A stretch of 61,952 nucleotides of DNA, counting the filler, from Choristocarpus tenellus KU-1152 (lineage: Eukaryota; Protista; Phaeophyceae), in assembly GCA_964200185.2 (NCBI GenBank). It is 9 parts of 9 records of this genome, joined end to end, with 100 filler letters (N's around TTAATTAATTAA, not from the genome) between each part and the next. Parts side by side here need not be neighbours in the genome. Positions count along the whole stretch, not along the records: positions 1 to 11,718 come from CAXNAD020002169.1; positions 11,819 to 18,960 come from CAXNAD020006624.1; 7 more parts are not named here. One strand, written 5' to 3'. Shown here piece by piece: positions 1-13,869 of the stretch (positions within the stretch are counted from its first letter, which is position 1; every line of letters starts with the position of its first letter). A model generated the notes under the pieces. It was not told the DNA's origin, made no database searches, and saw only the letters and a program-made list of their open reading frames with translations. The translations under genes and the position numbers were made by a program.

Positions 1-61
1 CCACGACATGAAAAATTGATGCCAAATTGACAGCCTTCACCCCCCCAGAAACTTTGAGCCC
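1..61. mobile_element. Terminus of a family-B-like MITE
   Basis: Ends in cccccccagaaactttgagcc, matching the ...ccccagatact(t)cgagcc terminus at 17790-17806. Confidence 0.45.
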
Positions 62-152
62 TAACAAAAATGCAGACTACAGATGGATACAGATCTGCAA
101 GCAACTACCCCTCTCCCAAAGTACCTGCGCCAGATGTGCGATATGATCTTAC

Positions 153-3100
153 CTCTAGCTGCTCCACATTTCCAACAACAGTGCTGACTCCAGCCAATCC
201 CCTGAACTCAAACTTGTACTGATATCCATACCCACTGTCTGATGACCCATCTCCCTCTCGGGATACGATGATATGACCTTCATCACCCTCGTCCAATCCT
301 CCAGAGTCGTCCAAGTCAAATCCAAGTGATTCAATGGCTACCTGTATGTCGGCAGCAGATGCGCCAAACTCGATACATTGAGTTACTGCTTCCTCTCCAT
401 TGTGCCTCCATCTCAATCGGAAGAATCCTTGCCCATGAAGTGGTTCAACCACGCTAGTTGCAGTCAGTGTAAGCTGCTGGACCTCAGCCACACTCTTCCC
501 AGTGCCTGAGCGGGATGATTGCACCTGTTCCTGAAGAATGAGTGTAACGTTTGCTGCAACTGAGTCGGCACCTGTTGCTGCTCGGAACACAGCTGCAAAG
601 GTGATAGATTTGCCATCAGCAGCCACAGACTCTACCTTATGTGTGATATCTGCTCCTCCATATGATCCATCAACTCTAATAACATCTCCTTGACCCAGAT
701 AGCCATTCACATAGCTGCCGTTTGAGATAGGTACCTCAGTTGAAGGATACAAGTCCATTCCAGTGGTATTTAGGGTCAAATTTGTGGGAAGTGGTACATC
801 CGCGATGCTGGGGAGGTCAGAAATAGCAGCGGCAATGTCATCAGCAGATGCACCCCACTCTAGGCATTCAGTTGTGGATGTGGGGGGGTTAGAAGAGTGA
901 TCACTGTAAGTTAGTCGGAAATAATCCCCCAGCACGTATCCTGCTTCTGTGGCAAGGGTGAGTTTCTGCTGCTCAACCCTACCTCCCTCTTGCACTGTGG
1001 ACACAAAGAGGTGTGGGGCGGATGGCTGATTTGAGTTGTCAGGGCATTCCCCGTTGATTCCTGAAACCACCAGTGCATTGACATCTCCGGCTACTTTATC
1101 TCCTTCGAAGTACACTGAGTGAACATATGGTCTTCCATGAGAGCCAGATCCTCGGCGTGTCACAACCACTCCAGCAGTATCGATGCCTGCTAATGCCTCA
1201 AGTGCTTCATCGACATCATTAGCTGTTGCATCAAATGGTAGGCAGCTTGTTTCTTCAGATAGACCTGAGTGGGTGAAACTCAGCTTCCAGAAGATTCCAG
1301 ACACGGATTCATCTGCTGCTAGAGTCACGGTCTGGACTTCAACCCCCACACGCCTCAGAGCATATGTAGACCCCATCAATCGTACCTCTCGCCCGGCAAT
1401 CACTTTTGCTGATAGTTCATTATCGGTTTCTAGAAGGGGAGAACCAAGAGCTGCAATTGACCTGTTGTTAGCAATACAGGACACATATTGAAAATACAAA
1501 TTGAGCTCTTTCGCAGTGGAGCAAGACAGTTGTATCAAGGTTGGTATCAAGAAGCAGATTCAGTCTTTCTGACGTTCAACTCTGCTTGAAGTAGTACACT
1601 GTATGAAATGTGAAGTCTTTCAGAGTCTTTCCAACGTCTAGAATTTAGCCTTCCCCAACATAGGTGTGGACTTGAGTTGGCTCACTTCTTCTTGATTTCT
1701 GGTTAGCACAGGTAACCTTGGATCGGTCTCTTACTACTTTGAGGATAACTTGAGCTTGATCCAATGCTCAAGAGATATCCAACAAGAAGTGTCTGGCACT
1801 AACTTCGCTTCAGTAATTTCGAGAATTTGCTGAACATACCTACTTTAGGATTCAATTTTTCACGAAGTGCAACACACCTGTGACCCTCGCCACCAGGGTA
1901 GTCCAAGAAACCTTCTCCATTAGTCCCTGCAAGTGTCCCATCAGCTTGAGCCTCATCCCCACCCATACGTATCACCATACCAGGAGCCAAGTAATTCCGC
2001 AGGTCAATATCAGACTCCAATGTTGCATATGATCCGTCCCTTTCCACTGTGGCTACTACACCTTCTAATTTATGTGGAGTGTAATAGTCAAGCCACACTG
2101 AGACATCTCCAATACTTGATAGATCCTGTGTTTGGGTATGTATTATTCAAAGGGTCATTTGTGTGATGCACTGTGATGACTCAGGTATGGTCCACAAGTT
2201 TTTTACAAGGTGAAACAAGGAGAAAACGACAAGATTTTTGGGGTAATTCATGACTGGTGCAAGTACTCCGAAGTAATTGTTTTCAAGGTATCTCATTCTC
2301 ATTCAGAGTCAATCCGACCCAAACAAATGAACTCAAAGCACTTTTCAATAATACAAAAACAAGCAGTCAAACTGGTGCATCAAGTACTAGAAGATACACA
2401 TTATTTTGATGCCAGTCTACATACAGAACAGGACAATATACATACTCCAGGAACTCTTGGGAGTTCTTCATGTGGAGTTGACCATTGTGACAACTCCAAA
2501 GATCACGTACAAAGTAAGTATGAGCCAAAATATCTTAGAGGGTAGGGCCGCGTCCACTTGGGGTCCAAAACCCAATGTTGCGATTTTAAGTGTAAATATC
2601 CTTAACACCTTTTCATAACATACACATTTTGCCTACTCTGAAACATTTTGGAGTAGGAAGATGTCATAAAAAACCCATGGGAAGCCAAGCCCCAAAGGAT
2701 AAACAGGGTAAAATTCCTACCCTCTAAGATACTTTCACTCTAATATCATATTCTAAGAGCATATTGTTGACAATCCACGATACAGACAACTGTCAAAGAT
2801 ATGCAGTAATTTGAGGAAATGGAAAGACCAACTATCATGCACAAGCAGCAGTGGAAGACCATCACACACTGTGCAGTCCACCTGGGTCAACGAATAATAA
2901 ACAAGAACAACAATAATGCAGCTAACAGAACCACACATTTTCTTGACCGGTATGCCCAAGATTGGAACCATGCAATACATACTGAAAAATGTCATGTTCA
3001 TGCTGTGATTTTCATATTTTCTGTGACAACCCACTTTCAGCATACCATCATAAGTGATCTATGGGACACAACAATCATGGTGATATATCAAATTGCTGAT

Positions 3101-6100
3101 TTGCAATTTCATGTGACCTTAAAATACACACCTCAAGCACAGCCTCTATTGCAGTATCTCCAGCTGTGTAGTGCACTGGCTCTGTTGACTCGCCATTAAA
3201 GTTTAGGGTGAAATATCCTGCCATTTCTTCAGCACCCTCTGTAATGGTGTGTGTTGTCACAACAGGAGATGAACCCAAAAGATTGGAGCTCACTGGGACA
3301 ATGGCATCAACATTGCCTGTGCCTGAAGGGAAGGTCTTCCCACTGTAGGCACCAGGAATAGTGAGAAAGCGAACCTGTTGTTTTCGATGTTGAGAAGGTT
3401 CAGGTTGACCCTCATGGAGACACGATCAGAAAATGCAAGACTGAGGATGACATGGAGGCGTTCATGGTCTTGAGTTGAGCTAGTTGGCATACTTGAGTCT
3501 AGCACAATAGGCGTCACATCTTGTGTTCGTCTTCTTGAGAAACATATATTTTCCTATATTCCCTTTTTGGTTAGCCTTTCTTGCATATTTGAGCTCTAGG
3601 AATCGTTCACTTCCTCTTTTTTCCCCTCTTCTGTGAGGAGAAGGGTTAAACTGAATATGGAGTCAAACTATCTTAGAGGGTAGAGCCTCTTCTGTTTGGG
3701 GGCCAAAATCCATTGTTGCCATTTTGATATAATTTTGACTATCGTGTTTGTTAGAAAATGTCAATATCCTTCTTCCAGACACACTTTTTCATAGTTTTTT
3801 TCATGAAACTACTCCAAAATGTAAACATTTTACCTACTCTGAAACATTTCCGAGTAGGAAAATGTGTTAAAAAACTCGTGGGAAGCTAAGCCCCAAACAG
3901 ACAAGCAGGGAAAAACTCCTACCCTCGAAGATACTTTCACTCTGAAATGGGTATATGCCAATACCAAATCACCTAACCCTAACCCTAATACCACATCACC
4001 TACCTTCCAGACATATCCGCCAATTGTGTTATCCTCAACAGCTACAGCACCCCATCCCCCAGTATTGTTGGAAGGGTAAGGATCACGGTTGACATGCACA
4101 TCACTGATGGTTGACATCTCCTCCAATTTGCGCATCATGCGTTCCTCGGGCTCATCAAATCTCACTTCTCTGTAGTTTCCCCAATCAGGGATATCAAGTC
4201 AATATTAGGTCTTCTGAATATGAGTGGATGTTGAAATATGGTATGGACAAGTATAGCACGGAAACATGGGGAAAAATCTAGTGTAACATATTTCAAAGCA
4301 ATTTATGTTTGAGGTTCCATCCCATTTTAAAGGCTCTTTCCACTGAGTTGAAATTTCAGTAAGTTCTTATGGGGATCAATGGAAATATTTTTATTCTGTA
4401 CAGCAGAGTGCATCAAATACTCAGTAAATGGCACCTTGAGCCTCCAGCATCATTGTAGTCCAATGAGAATGTCCCTGACAGGCTTGTTGACCCTAGCATT
4501 GTCTCTGTGACAGTGGGCTGGGAGGTGTGGTCGACTACTCCATCCAGTGTTTGGTTGACGGAGAGAAAAGACATGTCTCCTGCACCAGGAGGTGTTTCTC
4601 CAGGGTTCTGGGTGAATGTGATCACCCACTCCATTGTACCATACTGGTCAATAACCGATCTGCTCACATCCACCTATTGAGACCAAGAGTGGATAGGTGA
4701 TCAGACCTTGGTGTGTAAGAAGATCTGGATTGGAGGATTGCAGTACCAGGCCAGCATAGAGTACTGCTCTATGTATTGTGTACTCAGAGTACCTAGAGCT
4801 CAAGAGTAGAAATGAATATTTTGAATAATAATGAGGGAACTAATATAAAGAGAGGGAACTCGAGGGAAAAAAATGATGGCAACATCAGAAGTTGGGAAAT
4901 TCTTTAAATTCGACTCTAACCATACCCACTGACAATTTTGATATATGCTGGCTAAGATATGAAGACAAAGGAAAAGAACAAGAGCCAAAGTATCTTAGAG
5001 GATAGCACTGCATCCATTTGGGTGTCAAATTCCAATGTTGCGATTTTGATGTAATTTTGGCTATCGTGTTTGTTAGGAAGTGTCAATATCTATGTTTTGG
5101 ATACACCTTTTCATAATGTATACATTTTACCCACTCCTATACATTTTGGAGTAGGAAAATGTCGTAAATAGCCCCCATGGGAACCCAAGCCCCAAATGGA
5201 CAAACAGGGAAAAACTCGTACCCTATAAGATACTTTCACTCCCAATCTAGTAGCCTGCAACATACTGCATGCAGGTCCAAACAAGGCTTCAAACCTCAAC
5301 AGCAATTGAGCACTCCTGGGAATTCTCACCCTATCATAATCATCACTCTGGCTTTACCTGTCTTGTTCCATTGGAGCAGTCCTCAATAGCAACCTTTACC
5401 TCCTGAGCTGCAGCGTTCCATGTTACAGGGTATATATTTGTACAGTTTCCATCCTCTGGAACAGAAAACTGGGTGAAGTTACCTCGAAGAACAACTCCAT
5501 CCTTGCAACCCTCGGAGATGCATGATAGAGGACTCACTGTACCATTGGTGAGAGTTTCTGCATCAACCCTTCCCATTAAGAATTAGACAGCCAAATGCAG
5601 GTGGTCGCGGAAGGTGTTGGTTGTTAGTGATCGAACGGGCATAGAGCACTTCTATTGTTCATGGACTGCGACCCAACCATATTTCATGTTTTCTTCTTTT
5701 CTGTATACTCTGCAAGCATTAGTGACTTCAATGCACAGAGATTCAGCAAGAGATGGATGATAATCATGTCAACAAACCTCTGCCACCCAGTGAGTGGTGG
5801 GCATGTAGTAGTGTTGCTCGATGTATTGAAGGCAAGCCCATTTTCTTCGCCTGGATCTGGTACATTGCCCTCAAATCCTACAAAATGAATTGTCCAGGTG
5901 TATCCGTTAGGTGCCGTGGTTGATGGAAGCGACCAGATCTCATCACTTGGAGGAGTTGAACGGGTTACCTGCATTGTGGGAATCGGTGAATGTACAATGC
6001 ATATCATTTTCTTTGATTGAATTGCAAAGCACATACTAAAAATTGGGATCATGGGGCACCAAAGAGAGGAATTTGCATGTTGAACTCAATATGACAGGGC

Positions 6101-9100
6101 AGGCTGCACTTCTCAAACAGAAGGAAGAAATCAAGTATGCTAAATTTAAGGTAGATCTCTTGTCATCATGCCTATGGACAATGACCACACTACTGTTTGC
6201 TTGTGAGAACCAGACAGAGACTACTTATCCCTGTCCTGGACCTTGTGGAAGTATGTCATTTTCCACAATCCCCCCTCTATAACAAGTGAATGAATGCCAT
6301 TCTCGTGCAAGTTGTCTAAATAATGGCAGCGCGTCACCATGCTTGAGGAAAAGATTTGGTATGGTTACAGATAGGTATAACTAATATGAATCAGGTGGTT
6401 TCTTTCCTACGCAACATTTCACGTCACTGTTCAGATTGGCGCAGACCTTTGAAAATATACGCAATTGCATAATCCCTTTTGACACGGATAAATATTAGGA
6501 AGTAAATTTTTTTTTAGTGGCTGAGTTGGGTACAGAAATATTTTCAACTTTCACACCAAAGACATATATATATATATATATATATATCAATACACTGCAC
6601 CAATGGTCACATCCATCTGACAATTTGCTCACCACTACATCTTTGGCATACACAGGGCTGGTTGCCTCAAGATGCATAGCCATAGACTCAGCAGTGGCAT
6701 TCCAGCTGATGCAGGCACTTTGATTTCCTCCTAGAGATATTACATAGCCCGGTTTCGTCTCAAACTTGTCGGATGCAGACAATGCCAGATCGTAGACCTT
6801 GATGACCTGACAATTTGTCGAGTTGGGTGGGCGAAGCCAGGTAGAGCGTAGGTGAGAAAATATTTCAATGCCGGTGAAAATGATGTATGGTTCCATGTCT
6901 AGCACATTGCTTTCAGGTGTGCATACAGCATTATAAATATATGATATACTTCACTTATGTAAAGTTTACGTCTTATTTCTATGTATATTGCTTGGTAGTC
7001 TGTGGATGAAGATCCACTTACAGAATTTAAGCATATCGGAGACGATATTAGTCATGACAGATGTCTCTATGGTACACCTCATACACCAGGCCAGAGGTGA
7101 TTCCTGCTTGAAAAAATTAATAAAATATTTCTCACTTTTTGGGATGATGACCAATTCAAGTAAGGCAACTCAGAATTTAGCTGTAACTAGTGATACTTCA
7201 AGAGAAACTGACAGATCAATTATAGACGGATACCAGGTCCCACAAATTCACACCCTTTCTTCTCACTTTCTCTTGACTAGAGATATATTATTGTTTCGTC
7301 GACACAGGAACAGCAAAGGTTCAGCGGTAGTGTTACGAATCAAATACTTTCTTCCATATACTTCAAAATAAGTCATGTTCAACTTAAAAACTTTCGATGT
7401 AGGTACAAGTGCAGGAATTGAGGCTTGCGAATCACTGAGGTCTGCAAATAAAGTATGCAGCGTGAATCCACCCCCAAAAAAAGAACATAAAAAATTTATC
7501 CCTCAATTTTCGATTTCAATATTGTGAATTGAACCTTATCACAGTGACAGAATTGTTGCAATTAGTATCTCCACTCAGTGGTCAGTTCCAAAGTTTTTTC
7601 ACACTGTTATGACCTCACAACTTTTGGTGTGATCACTTCCCTCTTTAAATGAGGAACAACTACATGTTTTAACCCACCTGAACCTCTGGGACACCAGGTG
7701 GCCTTGTGGAGTTATTTGAGGCGTCAAGTACTGTAATCGTGCCGTGTGAAGAGTCTCCATCGCCGTAGACCACGTTGCGAGTACTGGTGCCAAACAATAT
7801 CGATGCATCAGCCTGTGTTGAGTTGAGCTTAGGTACATTTCCCGGGGAGTTGCACAGACTGTCGTCACTACCTGTCTGCTGGCATGGGGTGTCTGCATCC
7901 CGTAAAAATGTAATTAGCCAGGAATAGCCCCCATTGTTCCCCCCAAGGTTTACTGCATTGCGACTGACTTCAACATCACCAACACAATCTGTTGCCTCAA
8001 GTATTTCCTCAACAGAGTTGCCATCTCCGTTGGACTCCTCGGCTGTAGCCCAGGCATTATGAGCAATGGATCCCGTAGTACATTCTGCATCTGCCATCAT
8101 GACCAAATGGCCACGGGTATCCAAAGTTAAGGTGAAGTAACCGCCCAAGGGGTTGGTACCATCTTGAATGGATGTGACCTGTCAACGTTTGAATCAGCAG
8201 TCATAGAAAGAGGTCTTCTTGGAGCAATTCTTGTTGTCTCAAGCCACGTGATGTATTGAGTGGAAAGTTGGTGCATGATCTGATGCTGAAATATATCGAC
8301 TTTTTTGTTACAAAGCTGTCTCTGCTTGAAGCTAGCCCTGATGTTGCTTATTGTTCTTCAAATTTGGAAAACGTTCCGTGTAGTTTCGAAGCACATTATA
8401 AAATCTAGTTCGGGACAACTTAACATGCAAATTTGTTCATAGCTTGCATATTTATCGGAATTCATGAGATCGTTCTGATGAACCTTCATAGCCTGCGTAT
8501 CAATACCTTAGAGGTGAGGAGCTTTCTTTCTGAAGAGAAAAAAACAGCAGAGAAAATTGACTGTTTCACGACAAATAATCTCGCTGACTGGAGCATATCT
8601 CGAAATACACGGTATTGTCAGTGTTCTTGTCGTGAGTAGTATATCCCCAAAATTAATGTTCTGGAGTGCTCTAATGCCTAAAGAACAAGAGCAACTATCT
8701 CCTCAAAAGTATGCAACAATACAAGTACATGCTTTGAAATATGTCTTGTAGAGCCTATACCTTGCAATCCTCCGATCCATCTCCTCTGGACGTGCCAAGG
8801 CCATCACTGGAGCAGTCCATATCAAGGAGGAATCCAACATTCTTCCCCCAGGACTTTGAGAAGCGGCCTTGTCCCGTGGATGGCCAAGTATCTTCCCAAC
8901 TAGCTGAAACTCCTTCCCAGTTACCGTCAATATATGATTCAGAGGCAGAGTGGTCTGTGGGATTGTGCCAAATGTTTGAGTCAAAAACAATAGTCCAAGT
9001 ATAGCCACCAACCTGCTGCTTACGATCCAATGTTTCCTCTGACCGTGTGACATCCACTTGAGAAGGGTAGATGCTTGAGAGGGAGTTGAGGGCTGACTGA

Positions 9101-11296
9101 ACTGATGCAGCCGAGGCATCATAAGGGATCTCACTTGTGGGTTCACCATTATACGACAGGGTGAAGGTTCCTGTAAGCTGGTTACCTTGCTGAATCTCTA
9201 CAATGGAGAGATCTACACCATATCCAGTGAGGTTGTGTGATGATGACTCGATATCAAGCTGGTCACCACCTACTGTCTGGTTAGAGAATGTCACCTCCCA
9301 GATGTAGCCCATTGCCTCAGAGGGTCCTGTGCGAGTGACAGACACCGCTGTGATTCCAAATGTTGCTTCATATGTTCCATTCACGGATTTTATTGGAGAG
9401 TCTGTCACCAGAAGTTTGTCGGCTCTCTCTGAAGTGGAGTCCTCAACGCCATCAACAGTGTAGTACTCTCCGTCCAAGAGCAGCCAGTTAGACACTTCGA
9501 TATGGCTGGAGTTTTGTGGGTACCAAATGTGAACCTGAGAAGAATTGAACGTGGCATTTACTACCAGTGAACCCTCCAAAAAGAACGCCTCAGAGAACCG
9601 GAACTTAAAATCGTCCTCGCTGATGAAGGAACTGAAATACGTTGCATTTGTGGAAAGGCAATCGTCGCTGTTAGGGCAGAATGTGAGCCCAAATGATCCA
9701 CCTATTTCATTACCATCCCGTGCTGTCCCCACCAACACTGTTGCTGGATCTCTTACGTTTGAAGTGAGGGAGCTATTGCCCTGCATTGTTGGCACATCCC
9801 CCGGTCTTGTGTCAAACGTTACAGACCAATTATATTGCCCTGACCATTTGTACACCCCTTCAGGCCAGTAGACGTGGCGGTCCACACTAACGCCTCCAAA
9901 TACTTGGGTGTTGTCCAAACCTCGCACAGCCTCCAATGCTGCCTCCACCTCAGCAGATGTGGAACGCCAGCTGAGGGACCCTGATGTGTAGTTCTCATGC
10001 CAAGTTGCATCACCCTCTTTCTCATGTGGGTATGACAATGAAAGGGAGAAGGTTCCTCCGATGAAAGATCCATCCACCTCTGTGGTGACCTGGCACTGTC
10101 TCCCCTCTGGCGGGGTAAGGACATTCATATCCTCATTCGTTGAGGTTAATGGACTTGTTCCAGTGGTATTGCACCTTAAGGTCCGTACATTACCATTAGT
10201 ACAGTAGAAAGTAATATTGTATTGGTAGCCGATGACTTCTACATCTCCAAGACCAAAGTCAAGGGTAGATAAGGCAGGTATCTCGTCACGAACAACCTCT
10301 AGACAGCCAGCGGAGTTGTTGATTTGTGCCAGACCTTGCAACTCATCCTGTAGATCAGCTGCTGAAACGTCATGGTCCAGGGGATTGTTGGTAAAATCTG
10401 GGTCTGCCTGGAAGCAATTGGTGCTCACTCCATAGGACTCGCCAGGACCTGAGAAGAAATCACCATACTCAGCATAGTATATCCCGCTCACAGATGTAAA
10501 TGCCGTATCTAGAGTAACGATCCTTCCATTCGAGTCAATACTCTCAACTGTGTAATATTCCCAGTCTGTCAGCAGGTCTTTTCCACCAGAGATGGTATTG
10601 ATGCGGAATGTGTCACCAACCTGGACATAACCAACTGTGTCATTGAGATAAGCAACGTCACTTGACATTGTCACATTGACAAATGTAGAATTGATGTTGG
10701 CCTCACAGAAGTACGTGAGATAGAAAGATCCCTCAGGCTCGTTACCTTCGACTAGTGTTGTTAAACTGCTCGGAATAGTTTATCAAAGGTGGGATAGCGA
10801 TGTTAGGTGGAATAACAGTGCAATATTTTCGCATTCCTTGTCAAACTAGTGTGAACAGGGTCTTGGAAGCAGTTCCTTATTCCAAATGGGATTGTGCAAT
10901 TTTGTCACAAGAAAATACTTCTGGAGTGAAAATGCTTACGTTGAAATTCGCTGTTTGAAGTCAACTGGATTATTTCATTTGTCCTCCCAAAATATATCGT
11001 GGGCAGAGATAGTGTTGATGCTCCTAAGGAAATTATTGAACTCTAGCATACCTGCACTCAACATCATCGAGTTGAGTAGTCTGGCTGGTGATACAAGAGT
11101 ACGTGAAGTCGCCTGTGGGAATATTGCCCCGAACACAGGTGCCATCAAAAGTGATATTGTATATTACTTCGAGTGTCCCCATGGGGTAGTCCGCCTCGTT
11201 CGTCACAACCATGCTATGAGTGACGGTGACGTTGTCGATGTTGGCCAATGCGAGAAGGGACTCTTGAACATATTTGGATGCATTGAATGATACAAC
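153..11296 (-). CDS. Giant repetitive ('EVQ'-repeat, titin-like annotated) putative extracellular/surface protein; internal fragment, 11 exons, ~1,844 aa, open at both ends
   Basis: GT-AG exons join in consistent phase: 11052-11296, 8761-10765, 7678-8178, 6633-6806, 5778-5968, 5358-5568, 4435-4673, 4004-4169, 3132-3374, 1878-2125, 153-1461 (5,532 nt). A recurrent module reads EVQxxT...G(T/Y)F(T/R)L...T.C(L/I).(W/Y/F)xAxAxxVxxALExL...VxVxR...GYxWxVxF...GxVxxL. The sequence is acidic, Ser/Thr/Gly-rich and has many NxS/T sites. Confidence 0.85.
2522..2740. mobile_element. MITE family A copy (intronic)
   Basis: ~24-bp TIRs gagccaaaatatcttagagggtag ... ctaccctctaagatactttcactc; the non-coding interior is shared with other copies. 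Confidence 0.85.
3660..3942. mobile_element. MITE family A copy (intronic)
   Basis: gagtcaaactatcttagagggtag ... ctaccctcgaagatactttcactc. Confidence 0.85.
4982..5241. mobile_element. MITE family A copy (intronic)
   Basis: gagccaaagtatcttagaggatag ... gtaccctataagatactttcactc. Confidence 0.85.
6563..6586. repeat. (TA)n microsatellite
   Basis: Directly visible TA run in an intron. Confidence 0.9.
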
Positions 11297-11653
11297 CTGT
11301 CGAGTGATTAGTCATGCAATATGTTGAAATCAAGATTGGTGGACGGAGCGCTAAATTCTTTCACCTAAGTGACTATGTGAGGCAAAATCTGTTTAGAACT
11401 GCAAAAACAGATGCTGATGAACTCTTGGGAGAAAGAGTTGAGCAAAAGGATTCAGACCTTTCAGGTCTCTTAAATCCGGTGGTGCTCTGCAGTAAATCGT
11501 ATGTGGAGTTTCACAAGTTGTGTGGTGCTCAGTTGCTATTTCAAAGCAATGTTTTTAACAACAGGAGGATCATGTGACCAATTTCCTACCACTGGTAGGT
11601 TGCATCTACTTGTTCGGGTCAAATGGGATATTTTCAAAAGCGCAAACATGTTT

Positions 11654-11718
11654 GGATCAAAGTATCTGGGGGGGGGTGGGGGGTGGTTTGTGAGGGGGCG
11701 TCCGTTTCGGTCAAACAT
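11654..11718. mobile_element. Family-B-like MITE terminus truncated by contig end
   Basis: ggatcaaagtatct followed by a G-tract and gtccgtttcgg. Confidence 0.6.
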
Positions 11719-11818
11719 NNNNNNNNNNNNNNNNNNNNNNNNNNNNNNNNNNNNNNNNNNNNTTAATTAATTAANNNNNNNNNNNNNNNNNNNNNNNNNN
11801 NNNNNNNNNNNNNNNNNN
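11719..11818. other. Artificial contig linker (N44-TTAATTAATTAA-N44)
   Basis: 100-bp spacer with stops in all six frames; identical spacers occur 8 times in the window. Confidence 0.97.
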
Positions 11819-13869
11819 CCCAGATACGTTGGGTCTGTGAAAGTATATATGCTTGATGGTATTGCCTTACCCATCCGCTTCGTTCAGTAATTGTTTTTTG
11901 TAATTAATTTTTTATGTGCTGCATCTAAGTGCCTTGGAATAACGATCTCAAAGTCATTGCTACGCTTTGTGGGATGGTGAGTTGGAGGGAAGGGATACCC
12001 CATTACTTATCTGTTCTTTGTGCCCATCTGGCAGAGGACACACCCAAAAAAATGTTGGTATATAAATTATGTGTACTTCAAAGTGTGTTGTTAGTTTCTC
12101 ACACCATATGGTGTATGAGAGCTATTCAATCGAGAGTCCCTCAGTACCTTGAGAAACATTGAACAGTACCTTGAGAAACATTGAAGGTATTTTATTGGTG
12201 AAAGACAAAAGACTAGTGTGGCTGACTCAGTAAAAGTTTTTTTTTTTAAACGGCCCAAGAGTCGATTCAGTGTAACTAGATCAATTTCAGCACGTCACAA
12301 CTTACCTTTCTGCATCAAATCATACTTAACCAGGGGTCAAAAGATATTATTTCAACTGTCCCGGAGGATGTTCAGTCAAAGAGTAGGCAACCAAGAGAGA
12401 CCTTGCAGACTATCTCAACAGAGCTTCAGCTAATTCAAAGTGTCTCTCAATGCTACTCAAAGCCCCAATGCAATGTATTTTACCTCATTGATTTTGCTGT
12501 CTAGTCCGCCAACAAGGTTTGTGTTCAGTCAGAAATATAGGCAGACGGGGAAACAAGCCTGAACAATCCCTTCGAAATCATAGCTTTTTTCAATCATTTT
12601 ACTCCCAAGCATAGCATCAAGTAATAGTTTTTTTTTAATACAATATTTGGGAAACAAAAAAAACAGCAAGAGCTCGATCTGAACAAGAAAAGGAAAAAAC
12701 AGACTTGTTCCGAGTTAAAAATTTCAAGAATCATGGCAAGAGAATGAACTTGAGGAATTGGAATATTTTGTATGGACAAGAGACATCAAATGCATGCATC
12801 CTGTTTTCTTCCATATGATCTGTGCCTTGCCCCCTGGCACTCTTTCGACCGTTTTGCCCTCTACAGAGTAACAAATGCCTAACGGCATTGTCATGAGTGT
12901 GGAAAATTCCAAGTCTCATTTCTGGAACACTCCGAGAATGTTATCCATCAGCAACAAAAAAAGACAAGCGGCCAAGATCAGGTATGGGAAAATGATTCAC
13001 ACATAAGAGAAATTTTGCTAATGCTCAGCTCAACATACCCAAACACTGTGTTTAAGTTCAACCACCAATCATTTGGGTGCCCCTTGGACATTAGTTTGAC
13101 CTTGTTGAGGATGCAGAAGAATGTAAAATGAATATCTAGCTCACAACACACTTCGCATGAAATGACAATAGTCTCAGCATCACATGAAAATAATGCTCCC
13201 CAAATAAATACTCCCGAAGGAACTCCAACCACCTAAGTGCCATAGAGAACGTCCCTTTGACCTTTACTTCTAAGAAGAGCATATTTTGTACATATCTGCT
13301 TATTAAAGAGGCACAGCACATCATCATTTTTTCTGTTTTATGATAATATATATATATATATATAGCACGATCTGTAGAGAGACCTGTGGGGGGAAGGGTA
13401 ACATGTTGAGAGAGGCATAGGAAATGGGAAGTGATATATATATACATGTATGTATGCAAAAAGAAGAAAAAGAAAGTGGAATAATGGAATAATGGAACTA
13501 GACAAAAAAAAAACTGGTACTGCCCTTGTCCTTCTTTGGACCATTGCATACCAAGTTGAGCTTACAGAAAAATGTGTTATAGTTGCTATGTAAGATTTTG
13601 TATTAGTGTTGTATTGTACCTACAGTATTTCAAAAAAGAAGTCCATGTATGTATGTGGGTAGGTGTGTGTGTACTAAAGGTAAGGTTGCACATAGTGATC
13701 TCAATTTCAATTTGAGGCCTTCTTTCCCTATGATATTTTGGTAGGGAAACATTAGTTCTCATATAGATTCAGATATATATTACATTGTGCAGCAATTTAG
13801 ATTTATTTTTTTAGAACTTTGAATGCAATCAATAGACATTGATCGCATGCGGTCAAGGTGTGTGCACAC

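Noticed and set aside
12142-12184. 22-bp direct repeat cagtaccttgagaaacattgaa x2
   Set aside because: A simple slippage duplication with no sign of function.
12700-13300. Further CFAP43 exons (VVGVPSGVFIWGALFS...; LGIFHTHDNAVRHLL...)
   Set aside because: Plausibly WD40-like, but I could not establish phase-consistent junctions, so they are left out of the model.
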